Of a DNA stretch of 64,000 nucleotides, positions 10,238-20,211 are shown piece by piece. Origin of the DNA: an uncultured Candidatus Saccharibacteria bacterium. Lineage in GTDB: Bacteria; Patescibacteriota; Minisyncoccia; UBA6257; UBA11618. A program made the position numbers and the translations under genes. The DNA lies in NCBI GenBank assembly GCA_964373915.1, contig CAYJWP010000002.1, positions 4,312 to 68,311 on the forward strand. The letters are read 5' to 3'. Below the pieces are notes generated by a model, which saw only the letters and a program-made list of their open reading frames with translations, made no database searches and had not been told where the DNA came from. The first letter of the stretch is position 1, and the number at the start of each line of letters is the position of its first letter.

Positions 10238-10786
10238 ATGAAAAAGCAAAAGAAGACAGGATTTGTTCTAAACAAGCTAACCATCGCTGCTGCTGTGGGG
10301 ATTGCTTTAGTTCTTGTTATTGTTTGGGGGGTATTTTACTGGTTAAGCAGTAATGACTTTGCTTGGTTAGAAGGCGATGATATTGAAAGTGTTATTTCCA
10401 ATAATGTTGCCGATCACACGGATCCTTCTTATCAAGCCAAGAATCTTGTTGATGGCAATAGTCGTTCAAGAGCTAGTCCTTTTGAGTGTGGGCCTTTGGA
10501 CTATACTATTCAACTTAAGAATAAGTATAAAATAGATAAGGTTGAGTTAATATGGAGAGACCAGGGAACTACAGGAGTTAATGTTCAAGAATGGTCTTTA
10601 GAGGCGGAAACTGGCAATAATCAGTGGGAGTTGATTATAGAGAAAAAGGAGGCGCCAATGGAAGAAGTCACTACTGTGAATGCTAATGTAGAAGCAACAG
10701 CGATTCGTTTAAAAGCAGCTTCTCATAGCAATCAATGCATTTCCGTCTATGAGGTGAAACTTTTCGGAGCCTTAGCAGATAAATAA
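10238..10786 (+). CDS. Membrane-anchored (type II) discoidin / F5-8 type C domain protein
   Basis: N-terminal TM helix (LTIAAAVGIALVLVIVWGVFYW). KNLVDGN...VELIWRD...EWSLE...AIRLKA...SVYEVKLFG matches the F5/8 type C pattern. Paralog of the gene at 36806-37402. ATG at 10238 preferred over the TTG at 10214. Confidence 0.55.
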   Translation: MKKQKKTGFVLNKLTIAAAVGIALVLVIVWGVFYWLSSNDFAWLEGDDIESVISNNVADHTDPSYQAKNLVDGNSRSRASPFECGPLDYTIQLKNKYKIDKVELIWRDQGTTGVNVQEWSLEAETGNNQWELIIEKKEAPMEEVTTVNANVEATAIRLKAASHSNQCISVYEVKLFGALADK

Positions 10787-12903
10787 TCCCAGAATTTTTT
10801 GAGTATTTTTTCTAGAGGAAGAATTATTCCTATAGAGAAGATTATGAGGAATGGGACTAAAGGAGCTAGATATCGGACCTCTTGCTTGCCGAATATTAAA
10901 AGGGCTATTAGTTGGGCCCACACAAACCCCCCAACGATTAAATAGTCTTTTCTTTTACTTTCGGGAGAAAATATCTTGGGCTTGGTAATAAATAGAATTG
11001 AAGAAATTATGAACAAAATAAAAATAGGCCAAAGACTTACGCCATGAGCGCTAGTATCAATTAAGCCCATAAATTTTTCTTGAAGAAAATTTAAATATGA
11101 TATTGGTTCGTCAATTATCCAGCGAATGGTGTCATGTGAGCGACCGTCCAAAATTTTATTTGTCCATTTGAATATAGCAGAATAATCTGTAGCGGATGCT
11201 ATATAATCTTGAGGTATTGGTGTGTGATTTATGAAATTAATCGTTGGATTGCTATTAGACATTAGCTCAAATTGGCCTGAAATAATTTTGTTGCGTATAA
11301 CAAAAGGAGCTATTGTGGCTGTTACCCCAGCTAAAAACACAGCTAAGTACTTAATAAATGATTTACCAAAGCTTAAAACAAACCACAGGGAGATTAAAAA
11401 GAACCACAAGGCGAAGTTGGTTCTCATTAAGAGCATTAACCCCGAGATAATTCCTGATAGAGCGACGAGAGCTAACCACCCACCTCCCTTTTTTATTTTT
11501 TTTTCTGTGAACAAAAGCATGGCCGCGGTGGCAACGGCCAGCATCGTTCCCACTGGAAAAAATTCGGTAATTTGTTGAGTGGCGTGGGGATAAGTCGCTG
11601 ACAAGACAAAGACTGGTAGTAAGAGCCAGAAGTTTTTTATTTGCCCATCTTTTTTAAATAAGTAGAGACTGATAAAAAATGTTAGTAGAGCTGTAATCAA
11701 AACTGATACAAGTTGCAGAAAAGCAATCGGAAATAATGATTCACCGACAATATAGTGGGCAATGGCTAGTGAATGGTAGTAGAGAATTTGCCAGTAATAA
11801 GAGCTTTTTTGATAAGTTTTCATTAACCAGTCATTGGTTAATTGAAGATGGCGAGCGAATGTTTCATAAACTAACGGATCGTTGCCGCCATCAAGAATAT
11901 TAAAATATTCTGATCCCATCGCTTTGGAGAGAGTGGTAGCGGTTAGATAATAAAAGATGACAAAAAATAATATCATCAGATAAGGCTTATAAGAGTAAAA
12001 CCATGTTTTCCATGATGATTTTGCTGTGAAAATATAGAATGTGAAAAAAGTAAGGGCGGCAACCAAAATCTTTATTAATAGGTCAAGTATTCCTAAATAC
12101 CAGTCAAAAACTATTCTCTCTTTCCCATATCTTTGAGGAAAAAGAGAATTTTTAATAGTGGCTTTGCTGCCAAAATTTCCCTCCCAAGATAATCTTAATT
12201 TTTTATAGGGCCTCTCTAAGGCAGTGTAGTTAATTGTTATTGGAAAAACCTTATCTTTAAAATCTTCCCCGATAAGTTCCAGAGACGCTTTGTCCAAAGG
12301 CGTTTCACTGTCATATATTTTTATGTCCTTAATATATAAACTAGCTTTGTCTTTTGTTTCTAAACCAATTGTTGATTTATTAGGCGGTACATAAATATAA
12401 CCTTTCCATTCAACGTGGAATGGAAGGGAAGCCCTACTGCCATCAATAAAATTAAAACGTTCCTTATCATTAAAGAACCAAAGGGGAAATTGTTGAACAT
12501 TAAAAAAATACCCTACTGTTTCAAAATTAATTTCCCTATCTATCCTGGTGCCATCTATTTTAGAACGAATAAATTCTGTTGATTTTTCATAATTTTTACC
12601 ATCAGCGTTGGCATAATAATAGGAACCAACCAATCCTTGGGGAAGAGATAAAAATCCAAGGGCTGCTTTACCAGCGATGAGAACTATTAAGATAGCTGTC
12701 AAATTCCAGTAAATCGCCGATTTCTTTGGCGGCTTAATGGGTAGAAAAAATAAAACAGCGCCCAAAATTGTTAGCGACAAAAGTTCGTGAAGCTGGCTTA
12801 AAGGAAAACCATCAAACCAGCCCGGCCTGCCTGGGATTAAAATAAATAAAAATAAAAGAGTAATAATTAAAAACTTGAAAGCATTAGCTCTTTTTATTAC
12901 CAT
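10747..12903 (-). CDS. Polytopic membrane protein with an N-terminal extracytoplasmic PA14 domain; putative GT-C-fold (ArnT/PMT-like) lipid-linked-sugar transferase
   Basis: At least 12 predicted TM helices. A segment of about 180 aa (GLVGSYYYANADG ... HVEWKGYIYVPPNKSTIGLETKDKASLYIKD ... LRLSWEGN) fits the PA14 pattern. Divergent from an SMR-like gene. An ArnC-like GT2 is in the locus. Confidence 0.45.
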   Translation of the reverse strand: MVIKRANAFKFLIITLLFLFILIPGRPGWFDGFPLSQLHELLSLTILGAVLFFLPIKPPKKSAIYWNLTAILIVLIAGKAALGFLSLPQGLVGSYYYANADGKNYEKSTEFIRSKIDGTRIDREINFETVGYFFNVQQFPLWFFNDKERFNFIDGSRASLPFHVEWKGYIYVPPNKSTIGLETKDKASLYIKDIKIYDSETPLDKASLELIGEDFKDKVFPITINYTALERPYKKLRLSWEGNFGSKATIKNSLFPQRYGKERIVFDWYLGILDLLIKILVAALTFFTFYIFTAKSSWKTWFYSYKPYLMILFFVIFYYLTATTLSKAMGSEYFNILDGGNDPLVYETFARHLQLTNDWLMKTYQKSSYYWQILYYHSLAIAHYIVGESLFPIAFLQLVSVLITALLTFFISLYLFKKDGQIKNFWLLLPVFVLSATYPHATQQITEFFPVGTMLAVATAAMLLFTEKKIKKGGGWLALVALSGIISGLMLLMRTNFALWFFLISLWFVLSFGKSFIKYLAVFLAGVTATIAPFVIRNKIISGQFELMSNSNPTINFINHTPIPQDYIASATDYSAIFKWTNKILDGRSHDTIRWIIDEPISYLNFLQEKFMGLIDTSAHGVSLWPIFILFIISSILFITKPKIFSPESKRKDYLIVGGFVWAQLIALLIFGKQEVRYLAPLVPFLIIFSIGIILPLEKILKKFWDYLSAKAPKSFTS

Positions 12904-12906
12904 AAT

Positions 12907-13245
12907 TTGGTGAACGTCTTCTTTCTTTTTGTTGCTCTTGTTTTAAACTCGTTTGCCCATTTTTTCCTGAAAATTGGAGCCATTCAAGGGTTTTCTTTTT
13001 ATAACCTTCGCCTGTTTGCTGGTCTGGCTATTTTTGCTGTTAGCGCGGGTTTTTACTTTTTGTCGTTAAGAACCATACCCCTATCCACAGCTTTTCCTAT
13101 TATCGTTTTTGGCAGTTTTATACTGACGAACATCGTAGCATATTTTTATCTTAATGAAAATATAAATAATTGGCAGATTATTGGTTATTTAATGATTGTT
13201 TCGGGGCTTGTGTTGGTCTTTTATCATACGGATAAAATTTTTTGA
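12907..13245 (+). CDS. SMR/EamA-like 4-TM small membrane protein (ArnE/ArnF-like flippase subunit)
   Basis: About 110 aa, four hydrophobic helices. Typical size and position for ArnE/F next to a GT-C gene. Confidence 0.45.
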   Translation: MVNVFFLFVALVLNSFAHFFLKIGAIQGFSFYNLRLFAGLAIFAVSAGFYFLSLRTIPLSTAFPIIVFGSFILTNIVAYFYLNENINNWQIIGYLMIVSGLVLVFYHTDKIF

Positions 13246-13251
13246 TTAATA

Positions 13252-14130
13252 ATGATCAATTTTTTAAGAAGGATATTTTTTTTAATCTCCGATAAACCAT
13301 ATGTTTTTTTTGAGTCAATATTTAAAGTAATTTCTTGGCCTTACGATTTTTTTGATAGGCTATATATAAAAATAGACCGTGATTTTGTTGCTCCTCATTA
13401 TATAAAACCAAAGGGATTGAATTTGATTCCACGATTAAGGTATAGAATAGGAGGCCTTTATTCTTACGGTCTATGGTCCTATCTAATAGGAGTTTTTCAA
13501 GTTTTAATTTTTGATAATATTCAAGACAAAGATCACGGCACTATTTTAGATTTTGGCTGTGGCACTGGATTTTTGGCTATCGCTAGCGAGCCTTTGGTGA
13601 GGAGGGGAGTAGAATACATTGGTATAGATGTTAGAAAGCGTGACATTAATTTTTGTCAAGATTACTATAATATGCCCCGATTTAAGTTTATTCACCATAA
13701 TGTCTATAATGCTTTTTACGCTTCTAATCAGAGAAAAGTTTCTGTGACCAGATGGCCTCTGGCCGATAATAGTGTCGATTTGGTCGTTGCTAAATCTGTT
13801 TGGACTCACCTTGATAAAGATGATGCTATGTTTTATTTTGGAGAAGTAAACAGAGTTTTGAAGAATGGTGGTAGGGCGATAATAACTCTACATCTAATTG
13901 AAGAAGGAGGCGGCAATAACCTTTTTTTTAATAAGAATATTAGGGATTCAGGAGAATGGCTTACAACTATGAAAGCCAGTTTACCAGAAATGATTGTGGC
14001 AATAACTAGTAGTGGTTTAAAGAAGATGGTACTTAATACTAATATGAAACTTATTAAAAAATATGATGGTGAGTGGAGAGGCGGGGGTGGTATTTTTTTT
14101 CAAGATATTTTAATTTTTAAAAAGCAATAA
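13252..14130 (+). CDS. Class I SAM-dependent methyltransferase
   Basis: ILDFGCGTGFLAIA motif I. Confidence 0.6.
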   Translation: MINFLRRIFFLISDKPYVFFESIFKVISWPYDFFDRLYIKIDRDFVAPHYIKPKGLNLIPRLRYRIGGLYSYGLWSYLIGVFQVLIFDNIQDKDHGTILDFGCGTGFLAIASEPLVRRGVEYIGIDVRKRDINFCQDYYNMPRFKFIHHNVYNAFYASNQRKVSVTRWPLADNSVDLVVAKSVWTHLDKDDAMFYFGEVNRVLKNGGRAIITLHLIEEGGGNNLFFNKNIRDSGEWLTTMKASLPEMIVAITSSGLKKMVLNTNMKLIKKYDGEWRGGGGIFFQDILIFKKQ

Positions 14131-14132
14131 TT

Positions 14133-15152
14133 ATGAACAATGGCAGAAGAACTGCATTTATAACAGGAGTAGCTGGTTTTCTAGGAAGTCACCTAGCTGA
14201 CAGATTACTTAAGGAGGGTTGGAAAGTTATAGGGTGTGACAATCTTATTGGAGGGTATCTTGATAATGTTTCGCCATTGGTAGAGTTTTATGTCCATGAT
14301 TGTGGTGACCGACAATTTATGGAAAAAATCATGGAAGGAGTTGATTTAGTATTTCACTGCGCCTGTACCGCTTATGAAGGTTTGAGCGTTTTCTCTCCTC
14401 ATTTTGTTACTAGAAACACTTACGATATTACAGTGTCTGTCTTGTCTGCTGCTGTTGCTAATAGAGTGAAAAGGTTTGTTTTCTGCTCTAGTATGGCTAG
14501 ATATGGAAAACAGGATAGATTGCCTTTTACTGAAGATATGAATCCCAAGCCACAGGACCCTTATGGGATAGCAAAACTGGCCGCTGAAAAAACTGTTGAA
14601 AATTTATGCAGAACTCATCGGATGGATTATGTAATAGCTGTTCCCCACAATATTATTGGTCCGCGGCAAAAATACGATGATCCTTATAGAAACGTCGCTT
14701 CTATAATGATAAATTTGATACTACAAAATAGACAGCCCGTGATTTATGGTGATGGCGAACAGAGGCGTTGTTTCTCTTTTATTGATGATGTTTCAGAGCC
14801 TATTTTTAAACTGGGAATTTTAGATAACGTTGTTGGCGAAGTAATTAACATTGGGCCGGATGAAGAAGAAGTCACAGTAAATGAACTGGCCAGGGTTATA
14901 GCCGAGGAACTTTCCTTTTCTTTGAGCCCCATTTATATGCCTGATCGCCCCAGCGAGGTTAAATTTGCTTCTTGTAGCGCTGATAAGGCGCGCAACTTTT
15001 TGGGGTATAAAACAACTGTTGATTTAAGAAGCGGCATAAAATCAATGATTGTGTACATAAAAGAAAGAAAGCCTAGACCATTTCTTTACCACATCAATCT
15101 GGAAATTATTTCTGATATTACTCCAAGGACTTGGAGGGATAAATTATTTTAA
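14133..15152 (+). CDS. NAD-dependent epimerase/dehydratase (extended SDR; UDP-glucuronate decarboxylase/UXS-like)
   Basis: FITGVAGFLGSHLADRLL Rossmann motif. YGIAKLAAE (YxxxK). CDNLIGG resembles the UXS/ArnA C-terminal domain. Confidence 0.75.
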   Translation: MNNGRRTAFITGVAGFLGSHLADRLLKEGWKVIGCDNLIGGYLDNVSPLVEFYVHDCGDRQFMEKIMEGVDLVFHCACTAYEGLSVFSPHFVTRNTYDITVSVLSAAVANRVKRFVFCSSMARYGKQDRLPFTEDMNPKPQDPYGIAKLAAEKTVENLCRTHRMDYVIAVPHNIIGPRQKYDDPYRNVASIMINLILQNRQPVIYGDGEQRRCFSFIDDVSEPIFKLGILDNVVGEVINIGPDEEEVTVNELARVIAEELSFSLSPIYMPDRPSEVKFASCSADKARNFLGYKTTVDLRSGIKSMIVYIKERKPRPFLYHINLEIISDITPRTWRDKLF

Positions 15153-15156
15153 GCCT

Positions 15157-15894
15157 ATGTATAAAGGGAAGTTGGTGTCTGTGGTTATGCCTGTTTATAA
15201 CGAGGTAGAGAACATAAGAAACGCCATTAAGTCTTTCCTTAATCAGCCTTTCGTAGATGAGGTTATTGCCGTGGATAATAATTCTTCTGATGGGAGCGAC
15301 AGTGAAATAAAAAAGACCAATGCAAATTATGTATTAGAAGAAAAACAAGGATACGGCGCAGCGCTTCAAAGGGGTATGAGAGAGGCCACCGGTGACCTAA
15401 TAGTGACTGTTGAGCCGGACGGTACATTTCTTGCAAACGATATTGAAAAACTGCTTATTTATTCTTTGGATTTTAGCGTTGTACTAGGAACAAGGACTTC
15501 TCGGGCGCTTATCTGGTCCAATGCTAATATGAGGTTTGTGTTAAGGATGGGTAATTGGGTAGTAGCCAAATTTTTGGAATATTTATTTAATGGCCCATCT
15601 CTTACTGATGTGGGTTGTACATACAAGCTTATTAACAGACAGGCTTATGAGAAAATAAAAAATAGTTTCACCGTTGATGGTTCTTGGTTTTCGCCAGAAT
15701 TTATGATTAGAATTCTTCAATATAATATTTCATGCGTTGAGGTGCCGGTCCATTATTGCCCAAGAAAAGGATATTCGAAAATAACGGGAGAGACTTATAA
15801 GGTGGCATTTCTTGGATTAAAGATGATTGTTTTTATTATTGGACAGCGTTTCAAATATTTTATGATGAATAAGAAAATAATTAACAAATTATGA
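15157..15894 (+). CDS. GT2 polyprenol-phosphate glycosyltransferase (ArnC/GtrB/DPM1-like)
   Basis: VVMPVYNE ... AVDNNSSDGS ... EPDGTF motifs. About 245 aa, typical of the family. Confidence 0.75.
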   Translation: MYKGKLVSVVMPVYNEVENIRNAIKSFLNQPFVDEVIAVDNNSSDGSDSEIKKTNANYVLEEKQGYGAALQRGMREATGDLIVTVEPDGTFLANDIEKLLIYSLDFSVVLGTRTSRALIWSNANMRFVLRMGNWVVAKFLEYLFNGPSLTDVGCTYKLINRQAYEKIKNSFTVDGSWFSPEFMIRILQYNISCVEVPVHYCPRKGYSKITGETYKVAFLGLKMIVFIIGQRFKYFMMNKKIINKL

Positions 15895-17054
15895 AAATTA
15901 TTCTGGTAAGCGTGGAAATTGAACCTAGATCTGGCTGGGGGACAACGACCCATAATTATGCTCTTTATTTTTTTAGACAAGGCATCCCTTTTACTTTATT
16001 GTTGCCAAAATCGGCTAAGAGAATGGTTTTCCCTTATATAAAAGACGTAAAATATGTTTTGCCTAATCTACCTCTTTCTTTTAGCAATGTTAGAGATTGG
16101 TGGAAGATATTTAAATTATGGCCGGGCGAAATGGATTCAATGAGCGATTCTTCTTTGATTCACTGTCTAGTGGATTTTCCTTATGCTGCTTGGTCTTATC
16201 ATCTTGCTAAGAAAATGAAATTGTCTTTGGTATTCGGCGCCCATGGCACTTATTCGGTGGCTCCGTTTGTCAGATTTCCCGATCGTTATCTGATGTTGCC
16301 TACTTATAGGGGAGCGGCGGCTGTTATGGCAGTTAGTAATTTTACAGCAAATAAAATGAGAGAGGTTTCTGGCTATGATCGTGATATAGATGTAGTTTAT
16401 AATCCGATCAGCCATCCAGTTGATTGTCCAGCCGAGGAGGAAGATTGGATTAATGAAAATTTTTCTCCGGAGGAAAAAGTTATTTTAAGCATTGGTCAGA
16501 TAAAAAAAAGAAAAGGCCTGGATATTTTAATTAAGGCAATGCCTAAAATTCTTGGCAAGATTCCAAACGCTAGGCTGGTAATTGGCTCAAGCATTGGTGA
16601 CGAGAGTATTTATAAGAATTTAGCTGAAGATTTGGGAATTAGTAAAAATATTTTAATAGTTAAGCCTTTAACTTCGGAAAAATTAGCAGGTTTATATTCA
16701 AGGTGTAATATTTTCGCTCTTACTTCCAGATATATAGATCATCAGTTTGAAGGATACGGCGTTGTTTATGGAGAGGCGGGTCTTTTAAAAAAACCAGTGG
16801 TAGCGGCTGATTCGGGCGGCGTAAGCGATGCCGTTCGTGACAATGAAACAGGTATTTTAGTGCCGGAAAATAATGTTGAAGCTACCGCCGAGGCAATTGT
16901 TAAGATTTTAAGCGATGACTCATTAGCTAGGAGATTAGGCGAGGGCGGGTTTAAATTTGCTAACGAGCGCAATTGGGATAATTATATGAAAAAAGTTTTA
17001 ACAATTTATGAAACAGTTTCGACAAATCATTCCAAGCTCTATAAGGTGGTTTAG
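15891..17054 (+). CDS. Glycosyltransferase family 4 (GT-B)
   Basis: YGVVYGEAGLLKKPVVAADSGGVSDAV motif. ATGA overlap with the upstream gene. Confidence 0.75.
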   Translation: MKIILVSVEIEPRSGWGTTTHNYALYFFRQGIPFTLLLPKSAKRMVFPYIKDVKYVLPNLPLSFSNVRDWWKIFKLWPGEMDSMSDSSLIHCLVDFPYAAWSYHLAKKMKLSLVFGAHGTYSVAPFVRFPDRYLMLPTYRGAAAVMAVSNFTANKMREVSGYDRDIDVVYNPISHPVDCPAEEEDWINENFSPEEKVILSIGQIKKRKGLDILIKAMPKILGKIPNARLVIGSSIGDESIYKNLAEDLGISKNILIVKPLTSEKLAGLYSRCNIFALTSRYIDHQFEGYGVVYGEAGLLKKPVVAADSGGVSDAVRDNETGILVPENNVEATAEAIVKILSDDSLARRLGEGGFKFANERNWDNYMKKVLTIYETVSTNHSKLYKVV

Positions 17055-18030
17055 TGTTTCCAGGATACCCAGAACACTAGCGAGCACCGTATTGTTATTT
17101 CTTGCTATAAAAAAAATTAATTTAAAAGCAGACAAAGTTGCTGTTGCTTTTTCTATTTCAGAAAAGCAGGCGCGTTTGTGGCTATATTTTTGTCAGAAAT
17201 TTTTACCAAATAATCAATGGGATTTTTTGATTGTTGATTGCGCCGGTGATATGAATCCGGAAAATTTTCAAGGGGCGCAAGTCGTTAGGTTTTTGAATTT
17301 TTCTCACGGCTTTAAAATAGATTTTTTTCTCCGGCGAATTTTAAAACACAAGCTAGTTTTTATTGGAGACGATGACAAATATCTTATTTCTGAAATTAAT
17401 CAATGCGTTGATCAGTTTAGTAAAGATGAGAAAGCCGCCGTGGTTTCTTTTTGTCCCAGAGTGTATTATCGTCTTCGTTTTGGCAATGAGGAGTTTTCGG
17501 CCATGGGCTCATATTCTTTAATAATTAAAAGGAGAATATTTTTGGATAACAAGTTATCTTTTAGGCCAGTTAATAAAATATCCACGAGAAGATTTTTCTA
17601 TAAAGAAAAACCGGGATATAAACGCAATCTAAAATTTGATACCGGAGACTTTGCCAATGAGCAATTAATAGCGATGGGATACAAAATTATTTTTGCGAAT
17701 GAAAATACAGTTGTAGGTTTTGACGGTTTGAGCCAGACGAGGATACTATTGTTGTTTTGCGGAAAGGAAAAAATTGCGGCAATGCTTGCCTCGGCTGATA
17801 AGTATCGGAGTGACGGAGCGGGAGCTAATTTAAGGCGAGCTTATGGGATTGCTAAAGTTGACTATCTTTTTAGTAATATTTTTCACGAAGAGCCAGAGTT
17901 AAATAAGGGCTTTAGTGAACAGGAATTAAGATTTCTAGTTAACAACAACAAACAGGTAGCGCAAGAAGAAAAATTAGAGGTTTTGAGTTATTTTGACCAT
18001 CTTGATAGGGTAAGCTCACATCTTTTATGA
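17008..18030 (+). CDS. Hypothetical protein (possible GT-A-like, DDD motif)
   Basis: ORF only, 340 aa. Overlaps the upstream gene by 47 nt. No firm motif apart from FIGDDDKY. Confidence 0.35.
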   Translation: MKQFRQIIPSSIRWFSVSRIPRTLASTVLLFLAIKKINLKADKVAVAFSISEKQARLWLYFCQKFLPNNQWDFLIVDCAGDMNPENFQGAQVVRFLNFSHGFKIDFFLRRILKHKLVFIGDDDKYLISEINQCVDQFSKDEKAAVVSFCPRVYYRLRFGNEEFSAMGSYSLIIKRRIFLDNKLSFRPVNKISTRRFFYKEKPGYKRNLKFDTGDFANEQLIAMGYKIIFANENTVVGFDGLSQTRILLLFCGKEKIAAMLASADKYRSDGAGANLRRAYGIAKVDYLFSNIFHEEPELNKGFSEQELRFLVNNNKQVAQEEKLEVLSYFDHLDRVSSHLL

Positions 18031-19379
18031 AAACTGTTTTTTTGATTTTGCCTCGGAGGCATTCTATACGTTATATGGCATCTTCTGGGGCTCTAAATTA
18101 TCTAGCGGATAACAAAGATATTAAATTAATTATCTTAACTTCCTTTAAGGATGATTTTTTTATAAAAGAATGGACTGGAAAAGGAGCAATTATTGAATTC
18201 ATTCCGCGCAGAGAGGGAACGGAAAGCATTATTGATTTACTTGTTTCTTCATCAATGAGGTATCTGCTAAGCATCCAGTATGATTTGGCTACTATTAATG
18301 CCAAGATTAGGATGAAAGGAAGGTTATACCATTTTTTATACCGTTTACTTGTTAATTTACTTTCACCATTAGCGCCATTTTTGCGAAGTGGTTTAAGGTG
18401 GCTTGATTTGAATTTAATCTCTGCTTTTTTGGATAAGCAATATAGGTTTTTATTAAAAAAACATAAGCCGGATTTAGTAGTAGTGCACTCTGTTTTTGAA
18501 GCAACTGCGTATCCAGTGAGCCGTGCCGCTTATCGCAGCTCAATTCCTTTGGTGGGTATAGTTATTAGCTGGGATAATTTAACTGGCAAGGGAGAGACTC
18601 ATGCGCATTTTAATAAATTAATCGTCTGGGGGCAGGCAATGAAACAGCAGGCGATTGCTTACCATGGTTATAGAGAAAATCAGATAGAAATGGTGGGCAC
18701 CCCCCAATTTGATTTTTTTGTAAGTCTTAGAGATAAGATTCCTTCTAGAGAGGATTTTTTGAAAAGTAAAAATTTGGATCCAGAAAGAAGATTAATTACT
18801 TATACCACTTTTTCCCAGAGGGTGGGTGGCAATGAAAAAGAATTTCATGTAATCAATCTAATTCACAACAGTATTATAAAAAATATTTTTTTAAAACCAT
18901 GTCAATTAATTGTGAGGGTTTACGAAAAGAGCATACAGGAGCTATATCAACCATTTGAAAGACTGCCTTTTGTGGCAGTGGATTATGCCCGGCGTTTACC
19001 ATCAGGTTTAAACTATAAAGAGGCGGATGAATATTTTATGCTTAATTTAGCGGCAACAGTAAAATATGCCGATGTGGTGGTCAATTTTTCTTCAACCACA
19101 AGCATTGATGCTTTTATTTTTGATATTCCTACTATCAGCTCTGCTTATAGCAAACGTAATTATTGGAATGAAACCCATCATTTTAGATATTTAGTCAAGA
19201 GTGGTGGCGTGATGGTGGCTCACACTGATGACCAGCTGATTAATTTTATTAATGAATACTTAGTTAATCCGGCTTCAGACACGGATAATAGAAAAAAAGC
19301 GCTTGAGGAGCAGTGTTTTAGAGTTGATGGCCGGGCAGGGGAAAGGATTGCCAATATTGTGTTAAATAGTTTAAAATGA
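18027..19379 (+). CDS. TagB/TagF-like polyol-phosphate transferase family protein (paralog of 24452-25822)
   Basis: VGTPQFDFF resembles the G.PR.D motif of CDP-glycerol glycerophosphotransferases. The N-terminus MKTVFLIL is shared with its paralog. Confidence 0.4.
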   Translation: MKTVFLILPRRHSIRYMASSGALNYLADNKDIKLIILTSFKDDFFIKEWTGKGAIIEFIPRREGTESIIDLLVSSSMRYLLSIQYDLATINAKIRMKGRLYHFLYRLLVNLLSPLAPFLRSGLRWLDLNLISAFLDKQYRFLLKKHKPDLVVVHSVFEATAYPVSRAAYRSSIPLVGIVISWDNLTGKGETHAHFNKLIVWGQAMKQQAIAYHGYRENQIEMVGTPQFDFFVSLRDKIPSREDFLKSKNLDPERRLITYTTFSQRVGGNEKEFHVINLIHNSIIKNIFLKPCQLIVRVYEKSIQELYQPFERLPFVAVDYARRLPSGLNYKEADEYFMLNLAATVKYADVVVNFSSTTSIDAFIFDIPTISSAYSKRNYWNETHHFRYLVKSGGVMVAHTDDQLINFINEYLVNPASDTDNRKKALEEQCFRVDGRAGERIANIVLNSLK

Positions 19380-19398
19380 GCTTTGTAAGGAGAAGTTT

Positions 19399-20211
19399 AT
19401 GAAGGGTAGAGAGCGGGTGGTTTTGATAACTGGGGACTGCCTTCGCCATTCCTATTTGGCGAATCGTTTAGCTGAAAGCGTAGAAGTGGTTGGAGTTGTG
19501 TGTGAAAAAAAGAGGCTCTTACCTAGTGGCCTTGCTGAAGAAAATATTATTATTAGAGAGCATTTTAAAAAAAGAGATGAAGCTGAGCAAAAGCTACTTG
19601 GAGAATACGGGAAGTTGACTTCCTTCTCTGATAGAGTGCTTTATGTGCAGCACGGAGAGTCAAATAGTAATTATGTTTTTGATTGGATAAAGACAAAAAA
19701 TCCTTCAACCGTTGTTCTTTACGGTTGTAGCATTATCAAAAATCCCCTTCTAAGTTTTTATTCTGGCCGTGTAGTGAATATGCATTTGGGGCTCTCTCCT
19801 TATTACCGAGGCGCCGGAACTAATTTTTGGCCGCTAGTTTTTAATGAGCCGGAGTGCGTTGGCGCAACGATTCATTTAGCAACTCTGCAAGTGGACGCTG
19901 GCGATATTCTAATACAGGTTAGGCCGGAGATTGAGCTGACAGACGACTGCTATAGTATGGGATGTAAGACTATTATTAAGGCGGCTGGGGTTTTGCCGGA
20001 AGCCGCGCTTAATTACTTGAAGGGGAAAATAAAAGCAGAGGCGCAGAAAAATGGCGGTCGATTGTTTAGAAACAAAGATTTTAACGCTCAAGCAGTAGAA
20101 AAAATGAAGGCCAACTTTTCTAATGGCATGATAGCTCAATTTCTTGCCGATAAGGACAGTCGTTTACAAAAATATCCTATTATTGAACAAAGTGAAGTTC
20201 TTAGCGGTTAA
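19399..20211 (+). CDS. Formyltransferase (Fmt/ArnA N-terminal/PurN fold), likely sugar N-formyltransferase
   Basis: NMHLGLSPYYRGAGTNFWPL matches the N.H.SLLP..RG formyltransferase motif. Confidence 0.6.
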   Translation: MKGRERVVLITGDCLRHSYLANRLAESVEVVGVVCEKKRLLPSGLAEENIIIREHFKKRDEAEQKLLGEYGKLTSFSDRVLYVQHGESNSNYVFDWIKTKNPSTVVLYGCSIIKNPLLSFYSGRVVNMHLGLSPYYRGAGTNFWPLVFNEPECVGATIHLATLQVDAGDILIQVRPEIELTDDCYSMGCKTIIKAAGVLPEAALNYLKGKIKAEAQKNGGRLFRNKDFNAQAVEKMKANFSNGMIAQFLADKDSRLQKYPIIEQSEVLSG